This document shows, piece by piece, positions 44,855 through 58,802 of a stretch of DNA of 64,000 nucleotides. The notes below the pieces were generated by a model, which made no database searches, was not told the origin of the DNA, and saw nothing but the letters and a program-made list of their open reading frames with translations. This DNA is from Eledone cirrhosa (Eukaryota). Numbering within the stretch: the stretch's first letter is position 1; each line of letters opens with the position of its first letter. Made by a program: the position numbers and the translations under genes. The DNA lies in NCBI GenBank assembly GCA_964016885.1, contig OZ024746.1, positions 79,794,001 to 79,858,000 of the forward strand, given 5' to 3'.

Positions 44855-45782
44855 CAGTAATTTTATTGTTGGTAATTTGTAATAACACCCTAGATTTTTT
44901 ATTTTTATTTTCGGAACTCATTCAAAATGGCGTTAAATTGGTTGTTATGGCAGGGCAATGTTAATATAGGCTGGGAGGTATTTTAAATTCGCAAGCTCTT
45001 GATTTCTAGTTGACGAATAACAAACATTTTTTTTTTTTATCAACTGAACAAATAGATAAACGAACAAAAGAAACAATGAGCAAAATAATATATTAAAAAG
45101 CATAAAAAATATATATTTAAACAAGCAAATAAATGTTGATTAATGGAAATGTTTGTATTATTTAGCCTTTGGCGTTTCTCGGCGAAAAACATTGACAAAA
45201 CAACAACAACAGCACTTTTAAAAAGAAAACATTCATGGGAATAGAGGCCAGTTAGAATAGGTATGAGAGGCAAGATTCAACCAAGTATTGCTCATTAGGA
45301 TTCAGTGGAGAATTTCAATTAGAAATCTACAACAAAACTTGTTTTTAAAATAAATTGCAATAACAGTTCTAAATTGCAAATTGTAAAACAGTTGATAGCT
45401 TTAATTTAAGTTCCTTTTCAAAATAAGATATTTTCAATTCTTTCTCCTCTCTCTAATATACTATAAGCTGATTGATGGATTATCTTCTTCTTCTTCTTCT
45501 TCTTCTTCTTCTTCTTCTTCTTCTTCTTCTTCTTCTTCTTCTTCATCGTCGTCATCATCATCTTCTTCAATTTCATACAATAATCTTCATCAACTGAATG
45601 ACTGAAGAAATAAATGAGAAGGAATGACGAATGCAAAAATAAATATATAAATAAATAAACTAAAAACGTACGTTCATACGTGCGATTCTGATTTCTCTTA
45701 AAATGTTTATAGCATCGACGAGAAGCAGTGAAGCGGTGTGTTTATGTGAGTTTGTTTATATACATACATACGTATGTGTGTT

Positions 45783-45833
<51 letters not shown>

Positions 45834-45911
45834 ATAGTAATATATATATATATATATATATATACACCTACATGCATATATATTTGTGTGTGTGTTTGTG
45901 GTGTTGTGTTA

Positions 45912-45988
<77 letters not shown>

Positions 45989-46429
45989 GTGTGCGTGTGT
46001 GTGTCTTTGTGTATAGATGTATATATATATATATGTCAGTCTCTCTCTCTTTTTCTCTGTATGTATGTGTGGCTATGCATGTGGGTGTGGTTGTGTATTT
46101 ATATGCGTCAGTCAGTCAATATTATCTTCATTCAGGATCGGTCGCTGAAGGAGAGAAATCTTGGGATTGCAGCAACAGAGAATGTATTTTCTATTTCGTT
46201 TGGATTGTTTCGGCGTTCATCTGGAAGGTTTCAGGATATTCCAATCTCTTACAAGTTGACATCAGCTGCGTTTCTCAAGGTGAAGTGGTTTCAGTACCTC
46301 TGCCACTGTCACTTCCCCTCGTTGTCATTACAAACAAAACCACTACTAACTCGTAAACTCCACTATCACACTATAACTACGTATATACTTGCAGTACTTT
46401 AGCTATCTAAATATCCAACTGGTGTATAG

Positions 46430-46850
46430 AGGAAGGGAATATTTCATTCTAGAATGTTGAGTGCCGTTGCAATAAGTAAAGTGTTTGTTTGACTCAGACG
46501 AGTAGCTACTTCATTCGATTGATGTTTTGCTCTCAAACAATTGTATATTTACCAGCTCCACTAATTGTAAACTTTTCTAAAGTACCTTGCATCAATTTGT
46601 CAAAGATGAGTTTTGGTTTATTTTAACTTTCATAGTTAAGGCTTTGTTGGAACACTACCTTGGTATTCGCGCAGTAATTAATGGTCACCAAAATGTTAAA
46701 ATCTGTTTCCTAGAAGAAGCATTTGTCGAAGAGAACATGTAAGATAGATCCAAACTATCGTGTATATACTCTGTACCTCGTAAACATAAATAAATACGTT
46801 GTATTCACTTGAGGAAGAACTATCTCGAGATATGAAGAAACCGGATATTT
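46430..46850 (+). pseudogene. Possible decayed Penelope-like GIY-YIG endonuclease 3' region
   Basis: Frame-broken GIF...KVFV(*)L and KICFLEEA...RKHK resemble PLE GIY-YIG and C-terminal CxLCLxE...H motifs. They are followed by a degenerate TTGAGGA...GAAACCGG. Confidence 0.25.
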
Positions 46851-47340
46851 CATTCTGTACACATTGGTTAAATCGTGTAAAGCAACCAATTTAAAATTCA
46901 TTCTGAATACTAATACAGAGAAACCGTACTATGAGAAATGGACACCATGCTGGTGTTATTTAACGGATATTTTAGAATGCTAAGCTACTGCTACATCACG
47001 AAGTTAATTCGAATGTCATATGTCTATTCTTCGTTTTAGAATTCCAATATCTCAAGAATATTACATAAATATTTAGCTACATAATTTAACATAATAATAA
47101 TTATCGGTATAAATCAAAAGTTATGATTAAGATGGATACAGCCATGTAGGATTGAGTTACTCAGTTGAGGAAAACATTTCATAAAAGTAAGTGAAATGGA
47201 GAATCTTGTTGGTCAGTAATACGGTGTCTATCAAATAACCATACAACCATACATATTCTCGCTCTTTTGTGCTAAAAATTAAGTAGGATTCATATAACTG
47301 AAGTAAGTGATTTCAACATATATATATATATATAAATATA

Positions 47341-47420
47341 AAATACAATATGTTGAAAAGGTAACACACTACAGAGGGGTAGTGTGCCACCAATAAAACA
47401 GGGTCCGTTAATTTATCGTG
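47341..47420 (-). mobile_element. Family D fragment with inverted end
   Basis: AAATACAATATGTTGAAAAGGTAACACAC...CAATAAAACAGGG plus inverted TCCGTTAATTTATCGTG, both found in 58002-58808. Confidence 0.75.
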
Positions 47421-47459
<39 letters not shown>

Positions 47460-47578
47460 TATGTATATATATATATATACATATGCATGTCTCTCTCTCT
47501 CTCTTCCTCTCTCTCTCTCCCACTACTCGTTCTCTCGCTCTCTCGCTCTGTATATATATATATATATATATATATAAT

Positions 47579-47715
<137 letters not shown>

Positions 47716-48830
47716 ATGTATGTATGTTTTTATGTATATATATACAGTGGGAGGGAATGAGAGCGAGGGGGTGAATAGGAGATCTTTATTTGATCGCACC
47801 TCATTTAACACAATAGGTGTTGAAATCTATCTGAATGAAAATATTCTCTGTTGTTCCATTGTATTTTCTAAGAATTTATTTAATGTCAGATATAGATGGA
47901 ATATTCTGGCAGTTTATCATCTTTTCAAATGTACATAATCTAAAGCTTTGTTATTATTTTGAATTGGTCTAATAGAGCAATACTTTCGATGAATCTCGCC
48001 ACAATGTGATGATTTATAGGTATGTAGCACTTCACTGATATATTCAGACAGCTAATAAAGAAAAGAGACACATTTCCCACAACAACTTGACACACATAAC
48101 CAACATTTATTTTGTATCATATTGCCCCTAAAAGCATCTCTTTCTCGTTCATTAAGAACATATTTAGTATTTGTCAATTTTCGGTGAAGTTATAGTTTTC
48201 GAAATATTAAATGATATTGAAGATCGCTCTTTCAAGATAATTTAACCTGTTTGATCAACTTACAGAGGAAATAAATGTTCTTCGTTTACAGATTTTTTTT
48301 TCTACCACAATATATTCATAACATCTCTAGAATTGGTCCGCTGAGAGGAAATACTGTTGACACTTCGACCGAGTGGTTTTAGGCATATTACATTTTAAAA
48401 TATATTTAAAAAGCTAAGATCAAAACCTAAAACATGACCATAGATTAAATATCATTCCATTCATGTACTTCCTGGACATAAATCCTACCAGGGTCTCACA
48501 TACCCTTTCATCTTCTCTGTGTCGATAACATAAATATCTTACACATAAGGCGTTGGGTTAGCAGCATTGATAGAGATTTAGACAAAATATTCTACTTCTC
48601 TGTTCAAGTTCTACCAAGGTTGAATTTGTCTTTCACCTTCCTAGAGTTAATAAAATAAAATACCAGACAAGTATTTAAGTCGATATAATAGACTGCCGAT
48701 TAATTCCAACATTGTACTGTATGAAGCTCAGACGATAAGCTACACATCAATATTCATTCACACATACATTCATTCATTCATGTGTGTGTGTGTGTGTGTG
48801 TATGTATATATATGTATGTATGTATATATA

Positions 48831-48970
48831 TTAGTCCAGAATTAGCCGTCGAAACGGCTTGAGCTCAGCCGTCGGGGTCCTACTCGTTCCTATTACCCAC
48901 TCTACTACCCTAAGTATTGAGTACTTTGGTGCGTTATGGTCCATCTGGTTCCTTACCACATTTCCTTCGT
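48831..48970 (+). mobile_element. Family C element in (TA)n
   Basis: Same sequence and CCTTCGT|TATA end as the other copies. Confidence 0.85.
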
Positions 48971-49214
48971 TATATATATATATATATATATATATATACT
49001 ATATACTTTCTCTATTTAAGTCTTTCAGCATTCGATCATCAGAAGAAATGATGTAGGTGTAAAAGTCAAACACGCTATCTTCAATTTGGTGTGTGTGTGT
49101 GTGACAGCTCACACCTATGCAGGTTTAGCTAGCCTCCTTCAAGGTATATCTTGTTGGAGGTGTCTTGGGTAATTTTTATGATAGGGACCCCAGTCCTATC
49201 ATGTCATTTCTTGA

Positions 49215-49345
49215 GCTGAGTAAACTGGAGCAACGTGAAATAAAGTGTCTTACTCAAGGAAACAACATATCACCCGGTCCGAGAATTGAACTCACAACCT
49301 TTCGATTGCAAGCCCAATGCTCTAACCACTAAACCATGCGCCTTC
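49215..49345 (-). mobile_element. tRNA-derived CORE-like SINE, 5' part
   Basis: Minus strand GGCGCATGGTTTAGTGGTTAGAGC...GAGTTCAATTCTC...CCTTGAGTAAGACACTTTATTTCACGTTGCTCCAG. Confidence 0.85.
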
Positions 49346-49361
49346 AATTTGGTGTCCGTGC

Positions 49362-49427
<66 letters not shown>

Positions 49428-49489
49428 ATATATATATTGATGTGTGTGTGTGTGTGTGTGAGTGTGCTATGTAGGCTACAGAGCTTATT

Positions 49490-49693
49490 AGTTATATAAT
49501 AAACAACATAAGATAATTATTTCATTTACCAGTGGTTTCTTGAAGGCAGGTGTATGTCTGTCTTCAGTCGTCAGAATGAATAAATAACATAAAAACACCA
49601 TGTTATTTATTCATTCTGACGGAAGACAGACATAACACCTGCCTTCAAGAAACCACTGGTAAATGAAATAATTATCTTATGTTGTTTATTACA

Positions 49694-49697
<4 letters not shown>
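49490..49697. mobile_element. ~208-bp near-perfect palindrome of an HHR-bearing element, adjacent to (TA)n
   Basis: Arms 49490-49590 and 49599-49697 are reverse complements. Confidence 0.85.
49521..49580 (-). ncRNA. Type I hammerhead ribozyme
   Basis: UUCAUU-CUGACGA-cUGAAGaCAG...CUGcCUUCAa-GAAA-CCACUGG-UA-AAUGAA. GUA cleavage triplet and 6-bp stem I. Confidence 0.82.
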
Positions 49698-49740
<43 letters not shown>

Positions 49741-49883
49741 ATAAAAGGAAAAGAAAATGCTGACAAATTGTTCCCATATATATATATATATAATTTCAGC
49801 GAGATTGAAAACAATATCCTTGTAGTGTTGACGTAGGTGAGAATGAGTACTCAATACCGATGTAGAGAGTATTACACATACAC

Positions 49884-49915
<32 letters not shown>

Positions 49916-49916
49916 C

Positions 49917-49963
<47 letters not shown>

Positions 49964-49965
<2 letters not shown>

Positions 49966-50069
49966 CGAAGGAAATGTGGTAAGGAACCAGGTGGACCATA
50001 ACGCACCAAAGTACTCAATACTTAGGGTAGTAGAGTGGGTAATAGGAACGAGTAGGGGTCCTACTCGTT

Positions 50070-50071
<2 letters not shown>
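49964..50071 (-). mobile_element. Family C fold-back element in (TA)n
   Basis: Same fixed end; folds back at ~50058. Confidence 0.85.
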
Positions 50072-50124
<53 letters not shown>

Positions 50125-51077
50125 TTTCTATACTTTTCATTTATATATATATATATTCGCCAACTTCCTTAACACAATCTTTGAAAAAGTGTGAGTGTGA
50201 GTGCGTGTGTGTGCATGTGTGTGCATATGTCTGTCTGTCTGTCTGTCTGTCTGCATGTCTGTCTGTCTGTCTGTATGTATGTATGTCTGTATGTATGTAT
50301 GTATGTACGTATATATGCATGCATGCATTTATGTAGATATGTACGTACGGTAGGTATGTATATATGCATTCAGAGATATATGTCAGTAAAGAATACATTT
50401 GGAATACGAAAGAAAAAATTGTGCCGGTGTAGAGAGAGAAAATTGTGTTTGTAAGACGTTTTGGCCCCACTGTGTGAAAACGTCATCAAACAGTGTGTAA
50501 GTTCACTTACAACTATCTACTAATTGACAGGGAAATTGAAATATAGGCGGGAAACGAATGAGTGGGAGGGGGGGGTGGGGGCAATGATATGGGAGAGAGA
50601 GAAGGGAGAGGTGTTTAGAAAATGGTTGAGTGTGTCTAAGGGTGCGTAAGAGTGTGTATAGATATTTGCTGTGTGTGTGTGTGTGTGTAAGTATTTATGT
50701 TTGTGTTTGCGTATAGATGTATGTGTGTATGCGTGTATGTATTTGTGAGAGTGTATAGGTGTGTGCGTTTGCATGTGAATGTATATATGAGGGTTTATGT
50801 GTATATGTATATATATGTGTGTGTGTGTGTGTGTGTATGGATTGTGAAAGGGATAGTATGTAGAGGAATGTGTGTGTATGCGTGGCTTGTTACAGGAGTG
50901 CGTGTATAAATGTGTGTGTATGTGTGAGTGTGTATATGTGTATGCGAGTGAGCCTGGGCTTGTTAAAGGAGAGAATGTGTGTGTATGTGTGTTTGAGTGT
51001 TTAGGTGCGTGTGTATGTGTGTGAATGTGTGTAAGAGTGTGGTTTAAGAAAGGATAGACTCTATAGGTATATGTGTG

Positions 51078-51114
<37 letters not shown>

Positions 51115-51259
51115 ATGTGTGTATGTGTGTATGTATGTTTGTATGACCTGTGAAAGGGGAAGATTGGAAGGAGGTTAATCTTGGAATGCTGACAATAGTG
51201 AAAATGATGTTGTCAGAAAATAACACAGAAAAGAAACGAACGGAAAACTTAACTAAGCT

Positions 51260-51890
51260 TCACATCCCCTACGTCGCCTCCATTACCTACAACGTCTACA
51301 TTACTTGCATCACCTACATCGCCTACATCGTATAGGTCGCCTACATCACTTACATCGCCTGCATCTCTTTCCATCGCTTACATCGCCTACATTGCCGCCA
51401 TTGTCTACGTCGCTTACATCGCATACGTCGTCTACGTTTCCTACGTCGCTTACATCGCCTACATCGCTTCCCGTCGATTACGTCGCCTACATCACCTACA
51501 TCACCTACATCACCTACAACGTCGTCATTGCCTACGTCACCTACTTCGTCTACGTCGCTTACATCGCCTGCATCGTCTGCGTTTCCTACGTCGGTTACAT
51601 CGCTTACATCGCCTACGACACCTGGGTCACCTGCATTGTCTACGTTGCCTACGTCGCCTACGTCGCTTACATCGTCTACGTCGCCTACGTCGCTTGCATC
51701 GTCTACGTCGCCTACGTCGCCTACGTCGCTTACATCACATCGCTTACTTCGTCTACGTCGCCTACGTCGCTTACATCGTCTAGGTCGCCTACGTCGCCTA
51801 CGTCGCTTACAGCATCTACGTCGTCTACGTCGCCTACGTCACTTACATCGCTTACGTCGCCTACATCGCTCACATCGCACACGTCACCTA
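51260..51890. repeat. 9-bp CpG-rich minisatellite (CGCCTACRT)n
   Basis: Direct reading. Confidence 0.92.
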
Positions 51891-52131
51891 CATAAATACA
51901 TACACGATACATACACCACTTCCCACCCAACACACACACATACATACAACACATCTCACCCAACACACAAACATACATACACCACATCTCACCCATTTGT
52001 CTCGCGGTATTTGGCACATATCTGCTTTCGGGAGTTTCTCTGTTCGTTTTAGCGTTTTATTGTTTATCTCATTAGTTTATTTTTAACATGAGTTTCTTTT
52101 ATTTATTCCCACTATTTGTTGTTTTGCTAAG

Positions 52132-52350
52132 GACAGTAGATTGGCAGTATCAGTAGAGCATAGGACACCATGTTTCGAAGCGTAGAGTTACGAACCATTA
52201 CGTTATGAGTTCAAATCTCGCCGAGGTAGCTTTACTTTTCATCCTTACAAGATCGATAAAATAAAGTACCTGTAATGCACTGGGCTCGATTTAATCGACT
52301 TTTCTCCCACTCTCAAACATTGCTGGCCTTGTGCCTAAATCAGAAATCAT
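52132..52350 (+). mobile_element. Meta-like SINE
   Basis: Family match. Confidence 0.85.
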
Positions 52351-53509
52351 TATTTTTTCTTTTATCTAGTTTTCTTACCTGTATTTTTTGTTTGTTTTAT
52401 GTATATTTGTTTATTGATGTTTTTATTTATTTTTGTTTTGTTTTTCGATTGTTTATTCATGTTTTTGCTTTTTTAAATATTCATTTTTCATTATTTATTA
52501 ATTTACATATATTTATTCGTTTTGTTAATGTATGTTTGCTCATAAGTGTTCTTTTATATTTAATTTTATTCATTTATTTACTCATTATCTATTTATCTAT
52601 TGTTTTTTTCTTTGTATGTTTGTTTGTATGTGTGTATTTTTTTATCAATGACTTTTATTTATTTATCTATTTGGTTATTTATTTATTTATTTTACAGCTA
52701 TTTAGTTTTTCCTGACTGAAAATAGAAAAAAATACTGGAAAAAGGAAAAAAAGAAAAGAGAAAAAGAAAACAGAAAAGTGAAAGAAGGTAAGCAAGTTAC
52801 AAAAGTTTGGAAAGAAAGTTGGTGTATCTAAACAGAAAATAAGGAGATCGAAGAGAGGGTGAAATGTTAGTGGAGGGGTGGGACTGGTTGATAGGATGCT
52901 GGGGGGCTACAGAACTGTTTAGGACGTGTGGGAGAATAAAGGAATATAGTTAGGATGGAAGAAAAGAAGCAACATTTGAACGACGACCATGTAAACAAAG
53001 ATGACGACTACAAGACTGAAAATTGCTAATTTCGATCGCATCATCTCCATGGGTCTTTTAATTCCTACAAAGCAGCAAGGCACACACATCGCCATACATG
53101 TGCCTACATTTCAAGAAGATCCGGCTTTACGCAGACTAGCAGAAAAACCACCCGATGGGTGGTTTTCTGCTAGCATAGGTGGTGTGCATATCTATATTAT
53201 ATGCAACTATATACACATGTAGATATGATGTCAAATAAAATCGTGATTGACAATATGCACAGAAATTGAAGAGAGACTGTGCTACACACTCTTCTGTAAT
53301 CAGTAAAGTAATCCGCGATACATTTAAATATAAACTGCATTACGGTGAAATTTAATGAAACCTTATATAACGATGCAAATATATGGATGTTTATATAAGC
53401 AATGTAATAAGTGTTATGATATAACTGACGCTAACCAGAACTGAAGACATTTGAAAATTTTAAAAGAAGTGAAACTTAAAATAAGCAATCATTATATATA
53501 AGAATATAA

Positions 53510-53698
53510 GGGCGGTGGATTGGCAGTATCGGTAGAGGGTCGGACGCCATGCTTTCCAGCATAGTTATGTCCCTTTGCGATCTGAGTTCAAATCCCGCCG
53601 AGGTTGACTTTGCCTTTCATCCTTACGGGGTCGATAAAATAAAGTACCAGTAATGCACTGGGTAATTGCTGGCCTTGTGCCTAAAGTAGAAACAATTA
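53510..53698 (+). mobile_element. Full-length Meta-like tRNA-derived SINE with 17-bp TSD
   Basis: A-box TGGCAGTATCGG, B-box GAGTTCAAATCC; TSD ATTATATATAAGAATAT at 53491-53507 and 53695-53711. Confidence 0.93.
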
Positions 53699-54898
53699 TA
53701 TATAAGAATATTTATGTTTAATCAACAGCTACGAAATTTAGTAGATAAATTATGTAATATTCATTCATGATTTATTCAAAGTAATTAAACTTATTTCACT
53801 AACGGGATAAAAAAATATATTCAGGATGCAGTCTCCGTCTCTTCCCTTTATTATAGTTATGATTTGTGTAACATTGTACGAAGTATCCCTGCTGACAATA
53901 TAATATTTTTCCTTTGAGATTTCACTCCAGGATTTAAGTAGCGGGGAAAGAAATACTTGGTAAAAAAATATTGAAAAAGGCAAATGCAACAAGAACATTC
54001 TTTCAGAAGAGAAATTACTATGGCCAACACTATTTTTCAGCAGAAAGACAGCGTAAAGACAACCTGTCACCATCTGGTTACATCCACCTAAAAAGCATTA
54101 GCACATGAGATAATATTGTAATAAGTTGCTCGCCTGAATTATACCCAGTGTAGAGTGTGGTCCTGTGTATTGCACATCCAGTCTCCATTTAAGACGTATG
54201 CTAAAGGGAGGAGGTGTTCCAAGTAAAATATTTCAAGTTTGGAAGCCCTAAGTTGCAAAAGTCAATGGTGGTAATCAGTCGAATCCTGTCTAGTAATCAA
54301 TATATATATATATACATATATACAAATATAAATATGTGTGTGTGTGTGTGTGTGTTTATGAGAGAGAGAGGGAGAGAAAGAAAGGTATATACAGAGAGAG
54401 ACAAGGAAAATGTATGAGCATGTGTTTTTGAGTGGAGGGGGAAGGGTTACATATGTTTCAGTGTATAAAGGTGCACGAATGGATGTGTATGTATGTACGC
54501 ATGTATGTATATATTTATGTGTGTATGTATGTACACATGTGTAAGTATGTGTGCGCGTGTGTACGTTTGTGTCTGTTAAAAAGGATAGTTATGTCTATAA
54601 GTAGGAAAATAGCTAAAGCAAGACTATCAGCCTGGCAGAGAAAGAAATAATTCTGTCAATTAAAAAGAAATGAATCTTTAATTATCAAGAAAATCCACTC
54701 GAAAATAATCACAGACAATAAAATTGCCGTCATTTGCAACAGAAGTTCACCAAAAAATCCTTTATCACATAATCTCGAGAGAAATTCTAAGAAATGAGAG
54801 GCAAACAATAAAACAAATGAATACATATATACATATGTATGTATATATAAATATATATATATATATGTGTGTGTGTATATGTATATATATGTGTATAT

Positions 54899-54942
<44 letters not shown>

Positions 54943-55237
54943 GTATATATGTTATATGTATATATGTTATATATATATAAAGTATATATATATATACGTA
55001 TATATGTAATATGTATATATATATGTATGTTATATGTATATGTATGTATATACATATATATATATGCATATATGTGTATATGTATATATATGTATATGCA
55101 TATATGTATATATGTGTATATATATATGTGTGTGTGTGTTTATATGTATATATATATGTATATATATATACATATATATATATGTGTATATATATATGTG
55201 TATATATATACTGTTATATATATATATATATATACTG

Positions 55238-55280
<43 letters not shown>

Positions 55281-55757
55281 CATACACACGCACACATATA
55301 TATCTATTTATATATGTTTATAAATACATTTATATACATAATATATCTATAGATAATACCCATTGTGTTGTGCGTGTGAGTGTGTCTGTGTGTGTGCGTG
55401 TATGTCTGTGTGTGTGTGTGTGTGTGTGCGTGTGTGTCGTGTGTCTGTTTGTCTGTGTGTGTGTGTATGTAGTTATGATGAAGAGCAAAGTAGAACAATG
55501 GAATATTTCGAATGCTACTTCTGTCGGTGGAGACGGTTGTGTAGGGTATAGCTTATGTGGAAGTATGTAAGATGAATAATTGTTGAAAGTTATGGTTTTA
55601 TAATTGGCATGTTGTATTTTATTGTTTCCCACATGATATACTATACCACACACCATACCTCTTTCACTTCTCACCACACATATCATCAATTTTATATTAG
55701 CTTTCCACATATGTATGTGTGTGTCTGTGTGTGTGAGTGTGTGTGTGAGCGCGTGTG

Positions 55758-55810
<53 letters not shown>

Positions 55811-55851
55811 ATATATAAATATATATATATATATATATACATATATATATG

Positions 55852-55959
<108 letters not shown>

Positions 55960-56015
55960 AATATATATATATATATATGTATATATAAATATATATATAT
56001 ATACATATATATATG

Positions 56016-56076
<61 letters not shown>

Positions 56077-56296
56077 ATGTGTGTGTGTGTGTGTGTGTGT
56101 ATGTAATGTTGAATTAATTATCTCAGAAGAAGAAGAAATATTCCATATGTAAAGGATTTTTAAAAGAAGTTAAAGAAAAAGAAGCAAAAGTATATTATTA
56201 TCTATTTCAATTATATTAAATATCCCATATTTCTTTGTAATTGGCACCCTAAAAAAGGAACATGGTTATATATATATATATATATATGTGTGTGTA

Positions 56297-56377
<81 letters not shown>

Positions 56378-56652
56378 ATACATAATGGCAGACATAAAAA
56401 TATTATGGCCCCTTTAATGCCTGCCAACATATTTTCCGCCAAATATAGAGCTTCAGTTTTAGTGCGCTAAAGAGACATAAATACGAGATATGTTTTCTAT
56501 ATACATACACCTACACACACACGTACACACACGCGCGCGCGCACACATACATACACACACACACATATATATATATATAGTAATAATAATAAATTTGAAG
56601 ACTAAAATCCAAAGAGGGCTCGATAAGGATAAATATATATCAAATATATAAA

Positions 56653-56692
<40 letters not shown>

Positions 56693-56760
56693 TAGATATA
56701 CATATATACATACATACGTATATACATAACATATATATATACATACATATATATATATAT

Positions 56761-57120
56761 TAGAATTGGTGCTCTGAAATAGCGATATATATATGAATGT
56801 ATATACAGTGTATTTTGCAATACACTGTATGCTTAATTAAAAGCATTTTGAAGACCTTACGCTATTGTTTTAAAGTAGCCACAGTGTCACTTACTTCAAT
56901 TTTCAGCAAACAAGGGGAGATAAGCTGAGAGAGCCCTGTTGTTGGTACTTTTCAAAGCTCACCACTCCCCCTGTTGTTGAAAATTATGAATGTTGGATTC
57001 TTATAGAATTCCAGTAATAGTCAGGAACTGATTATACAGAGCGGTTGCCGGTCCAGCAAAAATTGAAAATTAGAATTGATGCTCTGAAATAGCGATGTAT
57101 AATATATATCGCTATTTCAG
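56761..57120 (-). mobile_element. Diverged member of the 310-nt family, no HHR core found
   Basis: Direct repeat at 56761 and 57071 (period 310). Shares GCTCTGAAATAGCGAT, CATTTTGAAGACCT, CAGGAACTG and AGAGCGGTTGCCGGTC with 25353-25725; short fold-back at 57083-57120. Confidence 0.8.
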
Positions 57121-57350
57121 ATAAATGAAACGAGCTAGAATAAATAAAGTAAGAAAGTTCAACATACAATTTATATGCAAGTTAGTCTCCTGGGAGTTTA
57201 TAAATATACATATGGACATAGATACACAGAACCATACGCATGCAGACATGCACACAACCATCAATCCTACATACATATACACACATTAAAAGTAAACAAC
57301 AATACGACAATGACATGCGTATAATGATTCTGCTGAATAGCAGAATCATG

Positions 57351-57441
<91 letters not shown>

Positions 57442-57503
57442 GTGTGTCTATGTATGTACGAATGTATGTATATATATGTATATATATATATACTCATATA
57501 TAA

Positions 57504-57558
<55 letters not shown>

Positions 57559-57649
57559 GGGGTTATATTTAATTTGTTGGGATTCAACAAGCTTAAATTT
57601 TTTTATAACTGATATAAAGCACCCGACAATTTAGTGGAGTAAATATACA

Positions 57650-57974
57650 ATACAATATATTAACAAATGGAAACTATATTTATAAAACCATATTTATTTT
57701 ATTATACATATTTCAAGGGCCACCAAGGCAAATTTTGGTGCGCTTTCATCAGATAAAATACAATACAGATTTGTTTTATAAATAAATATTGACATACCCT
57801 GAAAAAAGACAACCTTAACGTTTGGAGCTTCCTGACTATCCAGGAAGCTCCAACCGTTGTATTGTATTTTATCTTATGAAAGCGCACCATAATTTGCCTT
57901 GGTGGCCCTTGAAATATGTATAATAAAATAAATATGGTTTTATAAATATAGTTTCCATTTGTTAATATATTGTA
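57650..57974. mobile_element. Fold-back HHR-bearing element adjacent to (TA)n
   Basis: Inverted arms ~57650-57767 / 57858-57974; central hairpin at 57821-57853. Confidence 0.82.
57695..57760 (-). ncRNA. Type I hammerhead ribozyme
   Basis: UAUUUUAU-CUGAUGA-AAGcgCACCAA...UUGGUGgccCUU-GAAA-UAUGUA-UA-AUAAAAUA; the 8-bp stem I is identical to family B. Confidence 0.82.
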
Positions 57975-58001
57975 TATATATATTTATATATATATATATA
58001 T

Positions 58002-58802
58002 CACGATAAATTAACGGAGCCATAGGCCCTCGCCATTCCGTGTAAATAATGTGCTCAAAGGAGAAGAAATCCTGAGCTCTTTAAAATACAATATGTTGAA
58101 AAGGTAAGATACCAGAAAGAGATATACAGTGCGCTATCAATAAAACAGGGAAAAAACCACCAGTGTATGGAATCTATAACCTATGAAAGGCAGATTATAG
58201 ACACGATAATTAAAAATATAAATTAAAGCGTAAATAAAAACCTCTATAATTATATAACACACGTACAAATCCAAAGAGATGTTTCGCCAGTAATTTGTTG
58301 ACAGAAATGGAATAACCGAGGTTCATCAGCGTGTGTTAGGCTATACATTTCAGACACACTAAGAGGATTTTTAAAGCGGCCGTCCAACTACACGTGGGAG
58401 AGAGAAGTCACAGCGTGTTTAAGGGCAGTGAAGCAGTGGCCTCTGAGGGACGAGCTGCTAGAAAGGGCAGCCCAAAACCACTCAGAGAAGTGTGTTCAAC
58501 CAAACAGAGAGACAGGAAAGACTGTTATAAGGAGCGAAATATTCACGATAAATTAACGGAGCCATAGGCCCTCACCATTCCCTGTAAATAATGTGCTCAA
58601 AGGAGAAGAAATCCTGAGCTCTTTAACTTACAATATGTTGAAAAGGTAACACACCAGAGAGAGATATACAGTGCGCTATCAATAAAACAGGAAAAAAACC
58701 ACCAATGTATGGAATCTATAACCTATCCATACACTGGTGGTTTTTTCCTTGTTTAATTGATAGCGCACTGTATATCTCGCTCTGGCGTGTTACCTTTTCA
58801 AC

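Noticed and set aside
53510-53600. tRNA genes at SINE heads
   Set aside because: A and B boxes are present but there is no cloverleaf, and the sequence continues into the SINE body and tail.
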